The notes beneath the pieces were generated by a model. The model did no database searches. It was not told where the DNA came from and saw only the letters and a list, made by a program, of their open reading frames with translations. 64,000 nt of DNA from Camelus dromedarius. Lineage: Eukaryota. The position numbers and the translations under genes are program-made. Below, piece after piece: positions 14,345-27,421 of the stretch; position 1 is the first letter of the stretch; the number at the start of each line of letters is the position of its first letter. The stretch lies in assembly GCF_036321535.1 (NCBI RefSeq), contig NC_087437.1, positions 60,762,001-60,826,000 on the forward strand. The letters are read 5' to 3'.

Positions 14345-15811
14345 TTCTTTTTTTCTTTTCTTAGTCAGGTTTTATCCATGCAACACTATTACACTATTAT
14401 AATACTGTCTCATTAGCATTACTGGAACACATAGATGCATGGAAGAAATCTAACAATAATCTCAATTTTAAGTTCATACTGCCTTTTGAGGGCCTGTACA
14501 TCTCCTAAAGTAAAATGTTTGCTTGGTGTATGAGAGGTCATCAAAGAGCTGTTTAATTTGTTCCTTTTGACCCATGCTAATCAGTGTTAACATCATCTTA
14601 AACCTTTCTACTTTATTCAGATACAAAAGATGCTGATACACCAAAGAGAGATCTTTATCAATAAGACTATTTTTCAGAGACTAAATGAGGAGTAGGAAGG
14701 TATCCCCTTCATGTTTGTTACTCAACAACATTGGCAAATCTTTTGGTTCCATGATGGCTAAAAGCTGTGCACAGGCTTATCTTTCCGAATACTGATGGCA
14801 TTTATAACCTGACCAAATGCGTAGGCGTTGTTAGGCTTGATGATCAGCAGTTGTTCATGGGAATTCTCAGCCCCTCTGCTCGTGTTCCCCTTCTCAGAAG
14901 CAAGGCAGTCAGTAGAGATCTCCTCCGAGGTCCTTTCAGGCTCTTCCTTATGGCCTTCATTCACTTCTTGAATTTCAATTTTCCTTCTCTTCTTTTCTTT
15001 GTTGAATGATGCTGCATTATCCTGAATATTAAGGATTCTAGTTACCTTGTCCAGTTCCATCTTTGCCTCAACAAACTTGGGTCTAGCAGGAGAACTTTAC
15101 TGAGATCGTTTAAACTTTTTTGATAATTCTTGAATCCTTTACAAGCAAGGGCTCATCTACAGCACACTTTCACATTCTTGTTATCTGTCCGAAGCGCCTG
15201 ATTAACAGTCCTGCTTTGCCTCTTCGAATCGACACAGCTTCAAGTAACACAGAGCTCTGTTGGTATAAATAGCACATTCCTTGTTAATCTTTAAGCATTC
15301 ACTGTATTTATGAAGGGCATCTTTATAGTTTTTGTCCTTTACACATTGATTTCCTTCTTCTTTAAGGGTTTTAAACATGATTTTCATCTGTGATGCCTGG
15401 CTGGTGATGGCTGCAGCAGTTTCCCACTTGTTCTAGGGGCGACTCTGCTGCAGGCTGCCAGGCTCGCAACTGCGCAGCAGTTTCTCCTGCTAGCTTGGTC
15501 CACCCAGAGCCATTAAAATTCTTGTTATTCTGTTAATACTGTCATTTGCTATCTGGATTCTGCAGTCTGTGTGCAACACGGTTTTATAATCCACATAAGC
15601 TTTCTCATGCTGCTCTGAAGTTTCATAGGCCATTGCTCATTGAAGAAGAGGCTTGACTGAGAACAGATGAAGTTCCACAGCCCTGTTACAATCTTGAATG
15701 CAGCCATGCAGTTTAATGTAAGATGCTCAGATCCTCTGTACTTCCACTTCCAGCAGGCTCCAGCTGCGCAACTGCCACTGAACACTTGAGGGCTGCCTTG
15801 GTGAACGTCCA
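14345..15811 (-). pseudogene. SPAG1: Processed, 5'-truncated SPAG1 pseudogene (TPR2-TPR3-C-terminal RPAP3_C-like domain, 3'UTR, decayed poly(A))
   Basis: Intronless collinear SPAG1-like peptides: AQLEPAGSGSTEDLSIL, CIQDCNRAVELH, KAYVDYKTVL, FKTLKEEGNQCVKDKNYKDALHKYSECLKINKECAIYTNRALCYLKL, KPNNAYAFGQVINAISIRKDK, RFKMMLTLIS, VQALKRQYEL. Many stops, frameshifts and small deletions. T-rich tract at 14345-14362 is the tail. Confidence 0.93.
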
Positions 15812-15812
15812 G

Positions 15813-17369
15813 GTTTTTTTTTTTTAATATGCATATTTTTATTGAAGTATAGTCAGTTTACAATGTTGTGTCAATTTCTGGTGTACACCACAATGCTTCA
15901 GTATATATGAACATACATACATTCCTGTTCATATTCTTTTTCACCGTAAGTTACTACAAGATATTGAATATATAGTTTCCTGCACTATACAGCATGAACT
16001 TCTTGTTTATCTATTATATATGTATAAGTTAGTATCTGCAAATCTGTTAACTCCCAATTTATCCCCTCCCATCCCTTTCCCCTCTGGTAACCACAAGTTT
16101 GTTTTCTGAGAGTCTGTTTCTGTTTTGCAAATAAATTAGTTTGTCTTTTTTTTTTTTAGATCCCACATATAAGTGACTTCTGTTTTGCAAATAAGCTTGT
16201 TTATCTTTTTCTTTTTTTAGATTCCACATATAAGTGATATTATATGGTATTTTTTTTTTCCCTTTATGGCTTACTTCACTTAGAATGACAGTCTCCAGGT
16301 CCATCCATGTTGCTGCAAATGACATTATTATTTTTTATGGCTGAGTAGTATTCCACTGTATAAATATACCACAGCTTCTTTATCCATTCATCTGTCAGTG
16401 GACAGTTACATTGTTTCCATGTCTTGGCTATTGTGTACAATGCTGCTATGAACATTGGGGTGCATGTATCTTTTTGAATTAAGGTTCCCTCTCGATATAT
16501 GCCCAGGAGTGGGATTGCTGGATCATATGGTAAGTCTATTTTTACTTTTCTGGGGAATCTCCATACTAGGCTGTGCCAAACTGCATTCCTACCAGCAGTG
16601 TAAGAGGGTTTCCTTTTCTCCACACCCTCTCCAGCATTTATCATTTGTGGACTTTTCAATGATGGCCATTCTGACTGGTGTGAGATGATACCTTATTGTA
16701 GTTTCGATTTGCATTTCTCTGATAATTAGCGATATTGAGCATTTCTTCATGTGCCTGTTGGCCATTTTTATGTCTTCATTGGAGAATTGCTTGTTTAGGT
16801 CTTCTGCCCATTTTTGGAATGGGTTTTTTTTTTTTTTCTTATTAAGCTGTATGAGTTGTTTATATATTCTGGAGATTCACCCCTTCTCAGTCTCATCTTT
16901 TGCAAATATTTTCTCCCATTCCATAGGTTGTGTTTTTGTTTTGCTTATGGTTTCCTTCGCTGTGCAAAAGCTTATTAGGTCCCATTTTCTTATTTTTGCT
17001 TTTATTTCTATTGCCTGGGTAGACTGCCCTAGGAGAACATTGCTGAGATTTCTGTCAGAGAATGTTTTGTCTACATTTTCTTCTAAGAGGTTTATAGTGT
17101 CTTGTCTTATGTTTTGCCTATGTTTTCTTCTAGGAGGTTTATTGTGTCTTATCTTATATTTAAGTCTTTAAGCCATTTTGAGTTTATTTTTGTGTATAGT
17201 GTGAAGGAGTTTTCTAACTTCATTGATTTATATGCAGCTGTCCAGTTTTCCCAACACCATTTGCTGAAGAGACTGTCTTTATTCCATTGTATGTTCTTGT
17301 CTCCTTTGTCAAAGATTAATCGACCAAAAGTTTGTGGATTTATTTCTGGGCTCTCTATTCTCTTCCATT
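15813..17369 (-). mobile_element. Lineage-specific L1, 5'-truncated (ORF2 C-terminus, 3'UTR, poly(A))
   Basis: ORF2 peptides [14 protein letters not shown]...[18 protein letters not shown]...DEWIKKLWYIYTVEYYSAIK and MSFAATWMDLETVILSEVS; poly(T) at 15814-15825. Confidence 0.95.
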
Positions 17370-17464
17370 TTGAAGAGGGGTGACAGTTATACAGGAAATC
17401 TACTGTATCTGAAACTTCTCTATTAATCTAAAACTATTCCAAAATAAAAGTCTATTAAAAAAAA

Positions 17465-18030
17465 GGAATAAATAAGTTCCTCAAAAAGTTAAGTACAGAG
17501 TAACCTACCATATGACCTAGCAATTCCACTTTCAGTATATGCCTAAAAGAATTGAAAATGTTTGCACCAAAACTTGCATATGAATGTTCACAGCATCATT
17601 ATTCATAGTCAAAAAATGAAAATCAAAATATCAATGGATGAACAGATAGACAAATTATGTCATATCTATACAATGGAATATTGTTTGACCACAAAAAGGA
17701 GTGAAGTACTGACACATGCTACAACATGAAATAAACCTTGAAAACACAGGTGAAAACAGTCAAGACACTAAAAGACAACAAATTATATGACTCCATTTAT
17801 ATGAAATGTCCAGAACAGGCAAATCCACAGAGACTGAAAGTAGAGTAGATTAGAGGTTGCTAGTGGGTGAGATGAATGACATGTGACTGCTGATGCTTTG
17901 TGGGGAATAAAAATGTTCTGGTATTAGACATCAGTAATGGTTGTACAATCTTGTGAATATATTAAAACCACTGAGTTGCATGCTTTAAAATGGTAAATTT
18001 CAGCTATGTGAATTATATCTCAATTTAAAA
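17465..18030 (+). mobile_element. L1MB-type 3' end
   Basis: GTTCCTCAAAAAGTTAA...CCATATGACCTAGCAATTCCACT...TGTGAATTATATCTCAAT. Confidence 0.85.
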
Positions 18031-18237
18031 AAGGAATTAATAACATTTACCTCATAGAATAAAGATTAAATGAGCTAGTAACTGAATGCTGCTGCTATTA
18101 CTATCACAGTATTATTATTCATAAGATTCTATGCTAGAAGTTGGAGAATACAAGGACTTAATTCTTCTCCAAGAGTTCATAATCTACTGGGAGAGACCAA
18201 CACATATGTGTTTAAGTTAGGTTATGCCCTTTATCAA

Positions 18238-19759
18238 CAACTGTTCTCAACACATGCAAAACATTTTGGCCTCAAGATTCCTTCACATGCTTAAAAATTA
18301 CCAAGGATCTCAATTTTTGTTTTTGTGAGTTATATCTATCTATATTCACTATAAGAAATTTAAATAAGTTATTTAAATATTTATTTCATTAAAAAATAAT
18401 AAACCCATTACATGTTAGTATAAATTACATTTTTATGAAAAATAATATTTTTCAAAACAGAGTATAGTGAGAAGAGTGGCATTATTTTATATTTCTGCAA
18501 ATCTTTTAAATGTCTGGCTTAGTAGAAGACAGTTGGATTCTCATATCTGCTTCTGCATTCAATTTATTGTGTTCTGTTTTGGTTAAAGTGTATGAAGAAA
18601 ATCTGGTCTTATACACATATGTAGCTGAAAGGAGTATTTTAACAGCTTTCAGATAATTGTGGATATTGTTCTTTGATACTACACCAAACTCAACCTTCAT
18701 AAGGTTAGCTATGGAATCTGAAACCAGAGCAATACATCTTTTGTACTCTGTTACATTAAACCCATTGATTTCTTTTGTACTTTGAATCGATCTTTTACCT
18801 ATGCATGAATTTTATAATGTCATGAATTCATTACTTGGAAATTACTGCCTTGTTCAAATATTAAGATATTCCAACATTGACATATTTTATTATAGAATAA
18901 AAATAAAATCACATTCAATATCACCACTAATCTCATCAGAAAAGTCTAAGTATTAGGAAATCATCAAACTCAAGAAAGTGGATATAAGTTTTCTAAAATT
19001 CTAATTTTCATTTGAAAATTTAATCAATTAACAACCAATTGTTTCATTCATTCATTTTCAAGAAAACATCTGCCAAATACCTAAGTCTCAACAATCAGAG
19101 TTTTTCAGTGAGCCAGTCGTCGTTTCAAATAAATGGATCCAGGAAGAAAGGCCTTTTCAAGTTCAGTCACATAAATGGTTTTTGTAAGACAACCATTTCA
19201 CACTTCCTCGGTACCTTATGAGTACTTCTCATTTTTCTATATAAAATACTTTAAAAGTAAACTCAAAAGGAGAGATATAGTAAGATTAATAATTTTATTT
19301 TTTCATCAAATACATTCTTAAGTGAAACTGGGTTTTAAAAAAAACATAGCTACTGCCTTGAATTGTGTTAAAGTACAGGCAATTTTACCCACCATTGCTT
19401 TTTTGTTTTTGTATATATATTATTTTTATTCAAGTATAGTCAGTTTACAATGTTGTGTCAATTTCTGGTGCACAGCATAATGCTTCAGTCACCCATGAAC
19501 ATACATATATTCGTTTTCATATTCTTTTTCACCATAAGTTACTATAAGATACTGAATATAGTTACCTGTGCTACATAGTATGAACTTGTTGTTTATCTAT
19601 TTTATATATAGTAGTTAGTATTATTCACCATTGCTTTTGCATCTTCAATGCAAATGTCAACACAGTGTAAAAGGCAAAGAATGTCTTAGCATTATTATGA
19701 AAATAGGTTTTGACTCATGGACTCTAAGGGTACCACCGAACACTCTTTGAGAACTGCTG
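18238..19759 (-). mobile_element. Charlie1-type hAT DNA transposon (internal-deletion derivative)
   Basis: TIRs CAACTGTTCTCAA / TTGAGAACTGCTG. Minus-strand remnant TKTEHNKLNAEADMRIQLSSTKPDI is a Charlie transposase C-terminal (hAT dimerisation) motif. Confidence 0.85.
19403..19625 (-). mobile_element. Young L1 3'-end fragment inside Charlie1
   Basis: Perfect 13-bp TSD CACCATTGCTTTT at 19390-19402 and 19626-19638. Confidence 0.92.
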
Positions 19760-22619
19760 CTTTAGTGTGTACCCCAGCTCTGTACTTCACTCTCATATCC
19801 CCAATTCTTTCTGATGTGTTACTGAGGAGGCAGAAGACCTGTATTTCCTCCTATACTCTACAGAACACATTTTAACATAGGAAAAGGTAATCATTGGCTA
19901 GATTTCTAAGCTAGGGCACAGAAACCTAATCAAATCTTGAATATAGTTCAAAATCTATACATATGCAATGAGATTTACTATACTGTTTTTTGTAACAAAG
20001 CCCAGAAAGATCAGTAACTTTAATGCGTTAGCCAGAGAGACTGTCATTTATTTATATGAAAATACCACCACCAAATTCTAAAGCAAACAACATTAACAAG
20101 GCAATCTTCAGAACATAGCCTTTCCTTATACTTAGGTTATTCAAAAAAAATTTCTTTTCAGCTCTATTTTAATATACCATGTAGCAACTTTTTAAATTTT
20201 CTGCACAAATTCAGCCCAATAAAACTAAAGAGGAGCGAATACACTGTTTCAGAACTTTCTTCTTTTTCTACATTATAAAGTTAAATTAGCTTTGTCTCAA
20301 GGAAATCCCAGTTAACATGAAGTACTGTTAGGCAACACACGTCTAAAAAAACTCAAATTTTATGAGTCACAGATGTCCCTAATGAAATTACTCAAGATGA
20401 CAAATATGATGGCAATAATTCTAAGTAATATGACTCATAAGCAATTGCTCGCAGTGAATATAAGCATGACCCTTGATACAACATTGATGACTCTGCCACC
20501 AGCTTAGCCGGGGACTTGCTCACTTCCTTTCAGGATTTCTCTAATGAAATGTTTTCAGCTGCTGTTCAGAAAAAGAGGTTAGAAGAAGCCCATTAGCTTC
20601 TCAAAGAGTTTCTATACATTCAATTTTTGTTTAGAGAAAGAAATTAGAATTGATTGACTAAAAATAATACATGATAACAATCTCCCTGGCTATACTTTCC
20701 TCAGCAGCCACTAAACTCTGCCATTTAGGGCCATTTACTACTAAATCAAACTGATCTCACATGAACACACCACATAAATCCTGTGCTTCATGTTCCACAA
20801 ATATACCAAAGACTTTCCTGGCCTAAACCATCTTTGGGTATACATGTCTCCATTCTCAAATTTTCTTTATCCTTTTCTCTGCCCAACCAAATCTTTCAAT
20901 GCTTAGTAAAACTTATTTCCTATGTAAGGTCATGCCCGTCTGTCCCTGTTCAAAATGATCCTTCATACCCTCTGAACGTGAGTTATATAGGAAAATAAAT
21001 CCAGAGAGTATTAAAATTGGACTAGAATTCATCTGGTCCACCTTCCTTACTTGATTTGTGAAGAATCTGACTTACCAAAGAGTAAGCAGTTTTGCCTAAA
21101 GTCACACAAATCTAATTACTAACAGAACTAGGACCAGAATTCAAGTTTACTAACAACTCTTCATCTCATGTTTTTTTCTTAATTATATTAATATATCAGA
21201 CCATTCTTTGGCAATGAATTATAACTGTGGATGAGTAATTATTATTTTAGGTGTTTCTCCTGCCCAAGACTTCAAACAATTCAAAAGCAGGAATTATACT
21301 ACTACTACTGCTACTACATTATTTTACTACCTCAACACAGATCATTGTGTTTATCTAACAATAAAGTTCACTGATTTATGGCACTACACTCTGTCCCTGG
21401 ATGAAATATTGTTCTTCCTGAATCAAACAGGATTTCACAAGACAACATATAAACTACCCTATATGAAAAATATCTTTGGAAAGTTTTATACTTTCCCCCC
21501 AACAGCTGACTCATGGCCTTAGTCTTCAGTCCTTTTCCATGAAGCAGTGTAGTTTTTTGTTTACTGCTTCTACTGATGGTGTCAAATGCCTAAAACATGC
21601 CAAATGAATATGTGATAAGGTTCTTTACATCTTATATTTTAGGAGAAACAAAGAATATAAGAACAATTCATTATAAAATACTGATTTACCAATATTTTGC
21701 TCCACCATTACTCAAAAATGTTTCATAAGAAAGGGCAAAATGGTAAGTAATGCCTCTCTCCAAATCTGTTTAAACACTTTTTGCTACTTTTCAGTGAAAA
21801 ACAAGTAGGCCAAATAAAAAGCATGCCCAAAACACACTGTACTTTTCTAACAGGACCATTGTTTAATTGTGACACAACTCAAAGACAAACAATTCATCAA
21901 TTGTCCACTGAAGGAGATGAGGGGAAGGCTAAATACACAACAGAAATAAAAAAGAAGTGGTGTCTGGAACCAGTCAGTCCAACTAGGAGAAATTACTAAA
22001 TTTATTATAATTTACTCAGACCATTTAAGTTACTGCAAGTAAAAACCATATACTACTGAAAAACATGATTTTAAAAGCACAATTTTGCTTTGTATTTTTA
22101 CTTACGTTTTATACATAACATACCTTAATTTTTTAGTACCTTATGAATATAATAATACATCACTATTTGATAAGACATCTAACAATCTCTCAATAAGGTC
22201 TAAGAGCCCCAACATCACTGGCTTTTTTTATCCCATCCCCCTCTAAAAAAGCTTCAAATGCCCCTGAGAGCAAAAGCATCAATGAAAATATCCCAGATCA
22301 CCTTAGATGGAAAACACACACTATGAAAGGAAAGTTCACAAATCAGAAAGAAAGGAGTGTGTTCATTTGGAAGCAATGGCTATAATATCAGGCCTACTAT
22401 AGCAAAGCCAGAAAGGAAAAGAGGCAAATGAGGAAGAAAAGAGATGTAGAAAACAATTGAGGCACTGGTAAAGAATAAAGGAAAATAAAAAATTTTGCTT
22501 TGAACACAAATAAATAAAGGATTGGAAAGCATATCAAATCTTTAAATATGCATGGATAAGCTAGTTAAGATAAAAGGGATGTTTCCATAAAGTGCAAAGC
22601 AAAGTGAAACCAGGAACAA

Positions 22620-23257
22620 GAGAGTAAGCAATTTAGTAATCCAGTTATTCTCGAGGGATTTTTGACTAAACCCTGTAGACCTTAAACTTGTACTTTGATG
22701 GCTGTCACAGGGGACAGGTGATAAAACCCAGGGTCTGCCTAAATTGAAGTCCCTCCCATATAAGGCTAGGATCTAAAAGCTATAATCTGTATAAGAGTAA
22801 ATCAGAAATAAATACCTCTGTGCAGAAGGGGAAAAATAAAACCTTTCCCTTAAGTATTTTGAGCCCACTAGTAACAATGGGTGCAGGGCAGCAGGGAATC
22901 TCTGAGAAATACTAACAACAGAAAGCATGTTTGTGGTCTGAATTCATCCCATCTATCAGGTCCCCCCAATACCTAAACAGGTTTATCGAATGTGGCCACG
23001 TTGGTAGCATTCCCTAGTGAATGACAGAATCAAATATAAATACAAAGCCTCCCTGGGACAAAAGAAATTCAACACAGGTCTCAAAAAATAACCAAAGATC
23101 AAATTCTAAGGAAAAAGAACAGCTCATAGGGAAAGTTCAGAAAACAAACAATGCACAACATTGTAAAATGATTATAACTCAATAAAAAAAAGTTAAAAAA
23201 AAATGAAGGACATCTTGGTTGCTTCTAAGTTTTGACAATTATGAATAAAGCTGCTAC

Positions 23258-23291
<34 letters not shown>

Positions 23292-24625
23292 GAAAACAAA
23301 CAATGCACCATAATTGAGAACTAATCAAAACAGGCTGGTGAAACAGATGTGAAATAATCTGATATAGAACATGTGTAAGAATCTCAAATATAAAAGCAGA
23401 AAAAAATATGAAAAACAGCCATACAGAACTTTCAGTAAGAAAAAAATACAATACCTGAAAATCAAAACTCAATATTTGAAGTAAAGAGCAGCATGGACTC
23501 AGCAGAAGAGAGAATTAGTGAACTGGAAGATATATGTGAAGGAAGTACCTAGAATGCAGCACAGAATGACAAAGAGAAAATATAAAACAATAGTAAGATG
23601 AGTAGGCCAGATGATCTAAGATACAACTATGCGGAGTTCCAGAAGATGATGATAGAATGAAGGACTCATTCACTAGATAAATTAGGGCTGAGAAAATTTC
23701 TAGAACCAATGAAGGACACAAATCTGTAAGTTAAAGAAATCAAAAGCAGGATAAAATGTAATCTATGCACATCAAAGTGAAGGCACATCATAGTGAAAGT
23801 AAGATCAAAGAGTTCTTAATATCAGCCAAAGGAGAAAAAAGGGATAAACTTCACAGAAGTGCCAGTTGGACTCTGAGCTTACCTTCTGATACCATCAATG
23901 AAAGCAAGAAGACATTGGAATATCCTCAATGTACTGGAAGAAAAAGCTGCCAACATAAAGCACAGATTTAACAAAACTATCTTTTAAGAATAAGGTCAAA
24001 ATAAAGACGTTTTGAGAGAAAAAAAATTTCCAAAAGACTGGAATCACTATATACTCAACCATAACCAATTAAGTTGGAAATCAACAACAAAAAGGTAACT
24101 AGGAAAAAACTCCATGAGTTTGGAAATTTTAAAACACCTCTAAAAAACCTATGGTTAAACAAAGATATCATAATGGAAATTAGAAGATACTTAGAATTAA
24201 GTGAGAATGAAAAAACTATGTATCAAAACTTGCAGGATTATGATAAATAAAATGTGGTGTATATATACCATAGAGTATTATATAGCTTTAAGAAATTAAA
24301 TTTGGTACATGCTCTAACAAGGATGAACTATGAAAACATTAAGTGAAATAAGACAGACAAAAGGGGAATTTCACTTATATGAGGTATTTAGAGTGGTCAA
24401 ATTCAATAGAGACAGAAAATAGAATAGAGATAACCAGGGCCTGGGGCAGGGGATTGTGAAATAGGGAGTTACCGTTTAAGGGGTACAGGGTTTGTGTTTG
24501 GGATGATGAAATATTTTGGAAATTGATGATGGTAATGGTTGCTCAACTTAATGCCAATGTACTTAATGCCAATGAACTGTACACCTTAAAAAATGATAAA
24601 TTTTATATTATGTATATTTTAACAC
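22620..24625 (+). mobile_element. Old L1 relics (5'/ORF1 region, then an L1MB/MA 3' end at ~24245-24625)
   Basis: GAAGAGAGAATTAGTGAACTGGAAGATA (ORF1-like), AATGGAAATTAGAAGATACTTAGAA (ORF2-like), ATAAATAAAATGTGGTGTATATATACCATAG (3' end). Confidence 0.7.
23157..23290 (+). mobile_element. L1 3' tip carrying a 54-nt 3' transduction
   Basis: Perfect 18-bp TSD AGAAAACAAACAATGCAC (23139-23156, 23291-23308); two AATAAA signals and two A-tails. Confidence 0.85.
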
Positions 24626-26652
24626 ACACACAAAAACCCTTGCAGGGTATGATTAAAGCACTTAAGGACACTTACAGTTCTGAATTTTTACTTGAACGTT
24701 CGAGTTGTTTTACTATTTACTGACTTATAATTTCTTAAAATTTACATATAATTATGTGAACCTAGAGCATAGTTCTATTTTACATATAAAAGATACTTTT
24801 TACAGTTTTAATACACACTGAATTTTCCACGTATGCAACCACTATGAAATCAAGAGCTTATCTTTGCCTTGCTTAGTTTTACTAAATCCACTCATCATTT
24901 GGAACACTGTGTCACTGAAAGCAATGCACTCATGTTAGTTAAATCACCAGAGCAGCACTCCTGCAAGAGACTGCACTATGGCTGAGCCCATGTATATTAG
25001 ATACAGGCCTACGATCATTTTGTACATTTCAAGTTGCTGTGATTAAGTATTTATAAATTGAAGTACATATTTTATTAGAGTTCTTTTAGTTCTTATTTTT
25101 TCCATTATATATTAATTTTCCTCCCAAAATTGATTTTTGGAATTGAGTTAGGGCATTATGCTAATTTTTCCCCTGAAAAGAGGATATGTTAAATAATCTA
25201 TGACTTTTACTTTGTAAGAAAACAGTGAAAGTGTTTAAAAAGTATAGACCCGGATATTCCATTTCTAGGAATCTATCCCAAAGACACACTGGCAAAAATA
25301 CAAGTAAATATATACACTAGGCTGTTACTGTAGCATTATCTATAACAGCAAAAGACCAGAAGCATCTCAAATGGCCACAAAAAGGGGACTGATTGAACTA
25401 ACTATGGTACATCACACACTAAAGTATTATGAAGCTATAAAAATGAAGGAGGAAATCAATGTATATTCTGCCCCGGAGTAATCTCAGGATATACTACTGA
25501 TGAAAATGCAAGATGAAGGAAAAAAACATTATGGTATGCTATTATTTACCTAAGGGGAGAAAAAAAACACATATACACACACACATGCTTATTATTATTT
25601 TTAATGGAAGGATAAACCATTAATTCTTTAAATCTTCTTTTGGGAGAGGGAAAGAAAAAAATGGAAGAGACCAAAATAAAAGCCAGACTTCTCTGAATAT
25701 ATCTTGCTTTCTATGTTTGATTTGGGAATTTTGTTAATTATATAAAATCACCAGCAGAAGTAGAATAATACAATAAGACACCACAGAGACCTAATCTAAC
25801 AATACACTGCACACTAAGAATATCCTTGATTTTCACTTTGCAGACAACACATGAAATTTATTTAGCTTTACAATTAAACTAAACAGAGGCCAAAATACTG
25901 AACAGAATTAAATGTAAACTGGCAGTGATTGAAAATTCACATTTTCTTCTTTCTGACATCTTCAGGGAATGTGACATCTACAATGTGAACTTTCTACATT
26001 ATTATATGTATTACATATTTAGCAAGTACTCAACTACATTATGACATTGCCTCTAATATTACCTATTATAATATATCATATTTCCTCTACTGAACTCTAC
26101 TCATTGTGAGAAGGTACTAATTTTATATCTCCTTTTATTCCCTAATAGCATCTAGCAAAGTGCACAGAAACTCAAAATGTGTTTTTCAAATAAAAAATGT
26201 TAGCCAGTTAAGGCAAATAAAGTACTGCCACTAATCAAGTTGTATACTGAAAGCCAAATAATTTATCTTTTAATTTTTAGTCCCTCAAATCAATCACCTG
26301 TAGAATGGACTCACACCTGAATTACTATTCTCACAGTGAGTGGGAATGGGAAACTGCAGGATGTAAAAAGTGCTTGAAAAAAAATTTACCCCAATTTTTT
26401 ATTATCATTTATTCTTTTTTTCCCAATGTTCTCCTATACTAGAAGAAACAAGTGTCATTAACTGCAAATGATAAGACTGTCTACAAAATGCAAACAAAAC
26501 TATGATGAATTAGGATAAACATAACTTTAGCAAATTTGCAGGATAAAGAGGACCATACAAAATTCAACTGCATTTTTGTATACTAAACAGAAAATGAAAT
26601 GGGACGGGAAAGGATACCATTAATAGTATCATAAAAACTGAAGTTCCTAGGA

Positions 26653-27181
26653 CAGTAGTTCCCAAACCTGCTCAGTCCACAGTGCCTCAGTAATCATTTC
26701 AGTGCCTTAGGTCAAAAGAAATTCGTAAGAGTTTCATTTATTTAGCAGTTAGGTCCACACAACTTCATTAGTATTCATATCCTAAAAACTCAGTAACTAT
26801 TTGAAAAAGCAATACCCATCAACTGGAAGAAAAACCAAACCTTTTCTATTTCTTTCTTAATCACGTACATAGGGAAACATGTACCTGATGGGTACTGCAG
26901 TCTCTGAAACTTCAGACCCCACCCACCCTCATTTCCTATTCCACATTGATTTCCATACTTCTAATTTCAGCAATCACTTCACAAAGACAGATATTATCAA
27001 ATGTATCACAACCTAATGCTGAAACTGTGGAACTTCCTAGAGCTAGAAGTCCACATGGTGTCTAACAGATGTCCACTAATTCCATCTATGCCACTGTTTC
27101 TCTTTAAAATTTAAAATGTCCCATGGTGCCTTTGAGCTCAATGGGGTACTCCAGGATGCTATGGCAGTTCGAGAACTATGG
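26653..27181 (-). mobile_element. hAT-Charlie element (MER119-like) nested in an old L1
   Basis: TIR-like CAGTAGTTCCCAAAC / GTTCGAGAACTATG; CTAG-centred flanks; family name from memory. Confidence 0.6.
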
Positions 27182-27331
27182 ACTAGAATCTTTACATCAG
27201 GGAAAAATGTACTGAAAAACATTAAAAAGACCTAAATAAATGGAGAGATACTAATGTTCATGAATTTGAAGACTCAAAAATCTACAAATGCCAAATTTCC
27301 TCAAACTAATCTATAGATTCAAAGCAATTCT

Positions 27332-27421
27332 TTTTTTAAACTACATATACATATATATATATATATATTTTATTGAAGTATGGTCAGTTTATAATGTTGT
27401 GTGTCAATTTCTGGTGTGTAG
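27332..27421 (-). mobile_element. Young L1 3' tip (~55 nt plus (TA)n tail)
   Basis: Perfect 13-bp TSD TCAAAGCAATTCT at 27319-27331 and 27422-27434. Confidence 0.9.

Noticed and set aside
14758..15387. 100-aa and 61-aa SPAG1-like ORFs as a functional retrogene
   Set aside because: Surrounded by stops, frameshifts and deletions, and 5'-truncated; they are residual pseudogene frames.
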